A DNA stretch of 64,000 nucleotides from Euglena gracilis (taxonomy: Eukaryota), in contig CP154954.1 of the NCBI GenBank assembly GCA_039621445.1, positions 15,828,140-15,892,139 on the forward strand. The letters run 5' to 3'. Of this stretch, positions 56,146-64,000 are shown one piece after another. The position numbers and the translations under genes are program-made. The notes under the pieces were generated by a model. The model did not search any database. It was not told where the DNA came from and was given only the letters and a program-made list of their open reading frames with translations. How positions within the stretch are numbered: position 1 is the first letter of the stretch; every line of letters starts with the position of its first letter.

Positions 56146-59100
56146 TTTTCATTATATTTTTGCCTCATGTGCCTCATGTGCTATTTTTTTTGCTATCGCA
56201 AGCTGCAAAGCTGGAAAAGAAAAGCGTGGCAGCAGATGGGCGCCTCTGTGCCACACATTGTTGCCAGGAGGCTGGATTTGACCACCCCGGGGTGAGGAAG
56301 GGGACATCGGAGTTCCGGGTGCATTTCCAGGCAGGGACTACCCCCCGGGTCGCACCTACCACAAAAAAAATTGCCCGGAACAGAACCTTTTTGGGATTCC
56401 AGCAACATATGCACCGGCGGTGGGGGGGGGTGTCGACCCCACCACCCATAGGGTTCTGGGCACTCCCGTACCCCGGGGGGTCGTGAAACAGATCAACCGA
56501 AAAGATGCTCAAACCCCACTGTTCATCATTTCTGGAAATTCGAGGATATTGTTTCACCAGGGTTGCCTGAGAAAGAGACGTTGTGAAACCTCTGTAGGCC
56601 CATCAACGGTGCTTTGCATCAGACACTTTCAGCCCGACCCACACCCGGGCCCTAGCGTGAGACTGGCTGTTCCGCATGAAAAACAACGTCTGTGTGCTAA
56701 TTTGTGAAGCCATTTCCTTTCTCCCCATCAATCATCCTTATCCTTACCATGGGCTTGAACTTTTTCCCTTGAACCTTGGGCCTTGGGTCTGGGTGAGAAG
56801 CACAGCAGAGCTCCACACTTGTGGCATAAAAAATGAGCGGCTCCTGCCGTCAGGGTTTGAACCATGCTTGTGCTTACCAACCGGGGGGGGGGGTGGATGC
56901 TCTAGGGTGCCTGCCCCTAGCAGGCACACCCCCAGGGGGGGGGTCCGGGGGGACCCAGAAAATTTTCATTGAAAATGGCCTTTTCCGGGCCCTCGGCGCC
57001 AAAGGCGCTGGGGTCGGAGGGGGGGTGCCTGCTAGGGGCAGGCACCCCCAAAACCCCACCCCCCGGGGGGGTCGGATTGGGTGCTATGGGGTGCCTGCCC
57101 CTAGCACCCCCCCCTGTGGGGTAGGCACCCGACTAAGCACAAGCCTGGTTTGAACCAAACTTGTCAGGGTGAGCAACCCGACGGAAGCTACCACACGTTC
57201 CCCTCCAGCTTGCACAACAAGGAAAATATCAGTCAGCCACCTCCTTCTCCGGGTGAGCCAGTAAACAAGCAAACAGCAAACTGCGGGGCGGGGCAGCTCG
57301 GCAGACAACCTGAGCCTAAGCCTCAGCAGGAGCCGTTGGGCTGACCCAGCAGAGGAAGGGGCAACAGACAAGACTGGAAAGCCTTGGGACCCCTTGGCTC
57401 CATCGTGGCAGGGACGAATTGTACGCCTCCCGGGGGGGGGGGGCAGAGTCATGAATATCGCTGAAAAGTTGGTGGATTCGACCACCAACCCGTATTGAAA
57501 AACAAGCGCAACCTTCTTTATCCCAAGGGTTCGTTTTTTCAACACAGACACATAACTCCCTCCAATTGCAAACACCTGGGGGTCTTGAAATGCTGCCTCA
57601 ATATAAACATGGGGGATTAAAGTTGACAGCATCTGTTCATATGGACAAATGGTTCATCCGGCGGGGGGATACCATGTGGTTCCACCTGGGCCCCACTTTC
57701 GGGGAAAGTCGTGATCCTTCAGATAGGATCAGGGTCATGGCCGGACTGCTGTGGACTCTCTTTTTTTTGGATTCCGGAAGAAGTTAGTTTCCGGAAGGAT
57801 TCCGGAAGAAGTTTTTGGGGATTTTTTTTCCTTAAAAAATGATCCCTGTTTGACACATGGCCTTGGCTGTTCATCACACAGGGAAAGGGGGGTACTTTCT
57901 CTAAAAGACAGCAAATCATTTCAGTGACACAACGAACAAAACGTGTCAAACAAAAAGACAAAAAGTGTCAAACAAAATGATTGCTGAGTCCTGATGATCA
58001 TGACTATGACGATTTCATGCCAGGTGGGAGGATTAGGGCTAAGACACAAAATTGAATGGGGAAAACAGAGCTTCTTGTTTTGAGAAAAGTATCATCGACT
58101 TTAGGATGGCATTACACAGAAACCGTGAAGTTTTCGACTCCCTGAGTTATCATGCTGAGAAGAGGCAAAGGACTCGTTGGCAGAGAAACCACTGACAGGT
58201 TCGACAGCATCCGGAGGAAATTGTGAGTGTATTCACTTCCGCCACCGCTGCCGCCATTCCGTAGCCCGCTCCCAATCAGGTCTGGCTTCAGGGCAGGAGA
58301 GCCCAATGGCGTGCTGGGTTGCCCACCTGCCGTTCTCTGCTCTGCAGGAGAGGATATCGTATAGCAAGGCCCATTGCAAGACAGCCGGTGCAATGAGCCG
58401 CGGGTCGGAGAGAGGCTGGACATAACACAGCAGCATCCCACTGGGCGAAGTGTAATGCGACGCTGCATCCCCATAGGAGGGGGAAATGAGCGGGGGTCAA
58501 AAGAGGGTGTGAACTTCCTGAAAAGTCGGGATAGGCCATTCACCAGGAAATAAATCATCCTGCAATGTGATCACAGAGTTAGACGACGACACATCATTCT
58601 GGCAGACAAAGAAGCCATACCAATGAAAACAAGGTCAGGTCCTTTGACGTGTCCACACTAAAATTGCAGTTGACCATACGTTGGTGTGGCTTCTGTGTCT
58701 GAAGAGCTCCCATGCACAAACATGTGGGAAGACCAACAAATAATTGTTATTTGGCGACAAAATTTTCTAACAATTCCGAAACTAGGAAAACGAAATGCAA
58801 TACACCACATCCCTCACCCTGCGGACAAGAAAACATTTGAAACTTGTCTATGAATGAAAAACTGGAAGAAACCAGCAAATGAATGAAAAACTTGGTTGCC
58901 TTTCCCCCTCAAAGTCGTGGGCGAGGCAAGCAACAAGGTACTGGGGACAAGCATTCAAACGGAGAGGGTGATTCCTCGTTGCTGGTCGTCAGCCTAATTA
59001 TAAGGTATTGTAAAGCTCTGGCATGAAACCGGGGTTGAGGTGTCTCAGGGGGGGGGGGACGGGGTGGAGGGGCTGTGAGCGCGGACAGACCGACTGGAAG

Positions 59101-60588
59101 ACGCGACGTAGGTCTTGAGTGAAGCTTGCTGCAGTCTGTCCCGGAAACTCGGTTGGAAAAACGGAAATGAGACCTCATGCAGCAGAAGACCAAAAAAACA
59201 TTTCTTTTTGATCCACACTAAACTGCAAACAAACCAGCAATGTGAAGTGGCATTTTTGACCACAAACTTTCACAAAATCTAAAAATTCCGACTAGGAAAG
59301 ACGAAAGTCAACATCCCTGTGCCATAAATTGACTGGTCGAACAAAACCATGCCGCATACACCCTTGACACTTGGTTTGCTTCTGCTTCAAGCATGAACAT
59401 ATATTTTTCGCGTGTCGGTCCAATGTTTCGTTTTTTTTTTTTTTTTGGGTTTGTTGCTTATTGTTTTTGTGCTGCCTACTTCGTTTGTTCATGTCTGTCT
59501 GTTTGTGTGTGTTGTTTGTTTGGTTGTTTGTTTGTTTTGTTGGTTTGTTGTTTGTCTGTTTGTCTGTCTGTTGTCTGTCCTGTCTGTCTGTCTGTCTGTC
59601 TGTCTGGTCTGTCTGTTGTCTGTCTGTCTGTCTGTTCTGTCTGTCTTGTGGTTGCTCTGTTGTTGTTTGTTTGTTTGTTTGCTTCCTTGCTTGTTTGTCT
59701 ATCTGTTTACAGGTTGGTCGGGCTGCAGCTGTGTGTATGAAGGTTAGAAATTCACTAGGACCATTCAACAGGCTCAAAAACATTGAAAAAAACTGCAGTA
59801 TGCTTCGAAAGAAAATTTTAAAAATCTGACAAAAAATTAACCCAAAAAAAATTGAACAAGCGAGAGAAAGAGTTGCAAGCGATCAGAATAATTGCAAGCG
59901 AATGCAAAAGATGAAATGTCAACTGTGAAAGAAAAATTAAAAAGGTCAAAAAAAAATGTGAAAATTACTCAAAAAACACTGACTGGAATGCACGTTTGTG
60001 ATTTTTTGCACAAAATACAAAAAAAAAATGTTAAAATGCACAGGACATTCCTTGCTGTCTGTCCTGTCTGGTCTGTCTTTCTTCTGTCTCTCGGGAGTCG
60101 CACAACAACCCCACCGGCAGGGGTCTTGGCCAGAGCGTTGCAAGTTTGGGCTGGAAGGGATGCTGCCCCCTTTCTCAGTCCTGTGGTCCGGCTTGGGCGA
60201 GTGGGGCCAAAAAAGTCCTGTAAATCAAAGAATCCGTGACCCACTTTGTGCGATCCAAGGGAAATGCGGCTGCCAGTTGGTTCATCCCGCCCTTACAAAC
60301 CCACGAATTAGTAGGATTTTGTTGGATTGAAGGGGGATTGTTGTAGGGTGGGATATTTCTCGAATGGTTGCCCCAAACACCCAAATAAAGCCGATGAATG
60401 GTACTTTTAACAAAGTTCGTCAAAATCGAATCGCATTGAATAGAAATTATATATATAAACTTCAGTCCCTTGGGATTTTGAAGGTTTTGTGAACTTCCTC
60501 AGATGCCCTCTGTTTCTTTACCAGAGGTGGGGGGAATTATTGATGAGGTTGTTATGGGGTGGGTAGATCCCCAAAGCCCTCATCACAC

Positions 60589-63500
60589 CCGAGACTGGGT
60601 TGCACGCAGTGGGACGCTGCCTCTTCACCACAAGCACAGCATGCGTGTGGCGTGGACTCGGCGGCAGCAACCATCCTGCGACCCCACCCCAAACCCCCTG
60701 CCAATTTTCAGCAGAAAATGCAAAGCTCGACCCCCCAAAAACAACGGGGTCACCAGATGAAGAAGCAGCAGAGTCCAATTCTAATTCCCAAATGTCGCGA
60801 TAGGTCGGTGTAGGTCACTATCCACTCATTGTGTGCCCACTGAACCCTTAGGGCGTTAGGGCGTTTAGCTCATTCATATTATCCCTACCGCTTGGCCAGC
60901 ACCAATGAAGGCTAGGGGCAAACCAATTATCGAATCAACATTGAGAACAGAGGCCCCTGAAAACAAAAGGGGGGCAAAACTAATGCCACAATAAAAAAAT
61001 CACTCCACCATCAAATATTTCTATTCCACCATCAAAATTTTCCATGCCACCATTAAAAAAAAATCACCCCCCACCCCCCCCAAAACACTCCCCAAAGCAG
61101 CCAAAGCTGACATTTTTTGGTTAAAACAACGAAAATGCGAATTGGCATCTAAACTGACCCCAAACATTGGAGAACTCATTTTCACGGAGAGGGGCTGAAA
61201 ATTCCATCTGAAACGGAAGGACAATAACTCCAATCAGCTCCGCAGATGCTACCACGGGACACAAGGTGGTGGCTGTCCAAGTTCGCAGGTGTACAAAAGA
61301 GGTAGCGAGGGGACGGGAAAGTCCGTACACAGGTTGTCGGTCTTTAGAGTCGATCATGAGGTCGCTTGGACCACAAATTGAGGGCCATCGCAAGGGTCCT
61401 GGGGCCAGGGGTCAGGTTCGGAAACGAGGAAGAACTATTGGCCCTAAAATTTGGAGAACAAACAAAAAAGGGGAGCGTCTTTGAAATATGGGGGGGGGCA
61501 GAAGTATGCAATTCTAGGAGATCTTCATGGAAAATCCGATAAAATCAACAGAACAATGATTGAAATGGTAGATCACGAAATGCGCGCTTTCCTTTTTTAC
61601 CCGCCTCGTTTAAACCCCCAAAATAGCCTGGCGGGGTGTTGGAACCAGCTTTTGGCTCTGCCCCCCTGCCAGGTTATTTGGGCCCTTTTTTCAGCATCGA
61701 AAAGGAATTTTGCCTTAAAAAGGGGTTCCAAATTACTGGAACCATCTTTTTTGTCTGCCCCCCCCCCCGCCAAGCTATTCGGCCACTGACAGGAGCAAGG
61801 GCCCCGCCAGGTTATTTGGGAGGGGGGTTTGTACTCCGGGAGTTAGACGAAAAGTGAACACCCACAGACACACACACCGCTGCACTGCAAACTGAACATT
61901 GCCAAAGGACCTTCAAAGGAATACGGATTGTGCACCATGTGGTGGTGGGCTGCCACCTTCCTGGGCGACATGGGGGGAGGCAGGCTGGGACCCATCAGAG
62001 GGGGATCAGAGGCAGGCAGACCCTCACCGCGGCATCAGTTGCCTGTCTGTCAGAGGATCTGCCTGGCCGCCATGTACCTCGGGCCGCAGGAGTGTGTGGG
62101 AGAGTGGCACGTCAGCCGCAGCGATGACAATGCCATGCTCTGCCGGCGAGACAGTCCCACCCATGCTGTTGCTTAGCTTGAATGAGTGGCAGGCAAGCAC
62201 CCACAGTCATCCAGAATCCCAGACCCAGTCATGCCCGCTCACGCCCGGTCATTTCATAGGTGCTTGGTGGCAAGCACTCACTCGGGAGGTACGCTGGACA
62301 AGTCAGGTTTTGGGGCAAAAATGCAAACTCCCCCCCAAAACAAAACCACACAAAGCAACGTCGAGAGAAACGCAGACGCCAGAAACCAGACGCCCTGCCA
62401 AAAGGGGTATCGGTTTTCCCAAACCAAAAAAAAGCAGCCAGGAGGGGGAGGGCAGGCATAAGCAACCCTGCATGTCCCCACATCCGGCAGCACGGTGCGG
62501 GGACGGGCGGGTGAGCGGCGCCGACGGGCCCGCCGCCCTGTCAGCCCGGGGAGCCCCGGCGAGCCGCAGCCCGCAGTGCGGGGGGCAGCAGTCCAGCACC
62601 CCGGGGGCCAGGGGTGCGGGGGCGGGCAGGGCGCTGGCAGCCCTGTCCTCCAAAGGCGCGGGCCTGCAGTGTAACGCAGCTACTGACCCCCCCGGCACAG
62701 CAACGTTGGAACGTTCCAAAATAGAATCTCTGTCCAATGTTCAATTATCCACGTCTGCCAATGTCAGGCAAAACTTAGAAAAAATCACACGGGAATCCGG
62801 CCTCGCAGGCTGGAGGAGAGGACTGGGAGCCGTAGGGGGACTTGGGGGAACGACGAGGGGGGAGAGGGCCCCCAGGTTTGGACGGGTCGGGACTTGGGAG
62901 CAGTGCTGGGCACCACGCTGGCCATGAGACAGCATCCAACTCCCTGCCGACCATGAGCTGTCTGTGGTCAAAGCAGGCAGTAATTATTTCAGGGCACCTA
63001 AAAAAAAAAACCTTAAAAAACCTTAAAACATTAAAAACCCTTAAAAAACCAGAAAAATGGCCAAAATAAAAAAAAAAAAAAAAAAAAAAACTCTTAAAAA
63101 TCATTCTGGCAAAGCTTGTTCCTGACGAGCAAAAACGATGTTGCAAAAACTCGACAAAAAAGCAAACCAACTCCGGGAAAAAATGATTTATGGCACCACT
63201 CTAACTGGGGAAAATGGGTTTCAACTTTTTTGTTAATTTTGGACCCCATTTGATGCCCAGGCGGACCCTAAAAAATATCCTGGGAATCTAAAGAATCCTA
63301 AAACACCGAAAACCCCAAAGAAAGAAAATCCGAAGAAAAAAATACTAAAACAAACCTGCAAAATGCCGACTTTAAAACCTTTGAAATGTTTCAAAATATT
63401 TGACTTAAAAAATAATGCCTGAAAGCAGGGCTTTACCTACAACAGGGTGGGCGTCCGGTAAACCCCTGGATCCGTAAGAGGATGGACAGAGTGTTATGAC

Positions 63501-63900
63501 CATGACCATACAACCACTCTTGCCTGCGCAGCGCTGGTCTGAAAAATTAAATATTTGGTGGCTGGAAAGCCCGCTGAATTGAAAGCAACCTGCCCTCCAT
63601 CTCAGGTAGGGTGAATCTCCTCTGCTGCCACCCCACAGCCAAAAAAAATGGGGGCTGTGGACGGCACGCACCCTCCCATTGCCCAAATACCTCATCGGTT
63701 TCGGCCGCTTTCACAAAAGCATCGACAAACTTTTTTGCATCGTATGGCACACCCGTGTGGCTGCAAAGAGTGGGAATTGACGTCGTCAATGCATGCGAGA
63801 ACGTGGCAACTACTGCCAGTTTTATCTTTCGCTGGTGTGACCGATTCAAAAGCATTCCCGCTGGCGCTCGTGGGTCCGCCCACCCTTGCAAATTTGTCAG
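60589..63900 (-). pseudogene. 5'-truncated copy of the same multi-exon gene
   Basis: Same exons as 26492-29918, but cut inside the 29956-29902-equivalent exon by the 63900 junction. A 34-nt deletion near 62811 removes an exon end and its GT donor. Confidence 0.6.
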
Positions 63901-64000
63901 GAGAAGACCACCGTATGGTTTACCTCCCCCATGATGAACATTGTACTACGCCATCAAAAGATGAATCTTAACAGCAAAAAAAAACGAGAAAAATGCAAAC
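63901..64000 (+). repeat. Start of a third partial copy (equivalent to 11168+/44985+)
   Basis: GAGAAGACCACCGTATGGTTTACCTCCCCCATGATGAACA... matches 44985 onward and 11168 onward. Confidence 0.93.

Larger units (their letters stand above)
33886..63900 (+). repeat. Tandem duplication copy B (equivalent to 1-29918)
   Basis: Colinear with copy A up to ...CAAATTTGTCAG (63900 = 29918), except the inverted 42590-43656 segment and the garbled ~58890-59660 stretch. Confidence 0.96.

Noticed and set aside
58890-59660. Apparently novel insertion or divergent segment in copy B
   Set aside because: It reads as a garbled, partly duplicated version of ~24950-25580 next to a microsatellite, most likely unpolished long-read consensus.

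Overview
Eukaryotic, intron- and repeat-rich DNA, most consistent with a euglenid (Euglena-like). That assignment is inferred from GC-rich short exons, mixed GT-AG and hairpin-type non-canonical introns, and G/C-homopolymer-rich MITEs. The window is a near-identical ~33.9 kb tandem duplication: 1-33885 is repeated from 33886 to 63900, where the sequence jumps to a third partial copy starting at unit position ~11168. A long minus-strand multi-exon gene can be assembled by hand with phase-consistent GT-AG introns (best supported between 30395 and 26492). It encodes an unrecognised protein with possible ASCH/PUA-like segments and appears to cross the repeat period. The unit carries many short CAG...CTG-ended elements with 8-bp target-site duplications (hAT-type MITEs). 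Several appear to sit inside exons, and their geometry (3 nt + element + 5 nt = element plus one TSD) matches the euglenid non-conventional intron signature, which suggests MITE-driven intron creation. The two copies differ by a ~1 kb inversion, by different exon-damaging indels and by poorly polished stretches, so a false (haplotype) duplication cannot be excluded. No prokaryotic genes, rRNA, tRNA or CRISPR arrays were seen.
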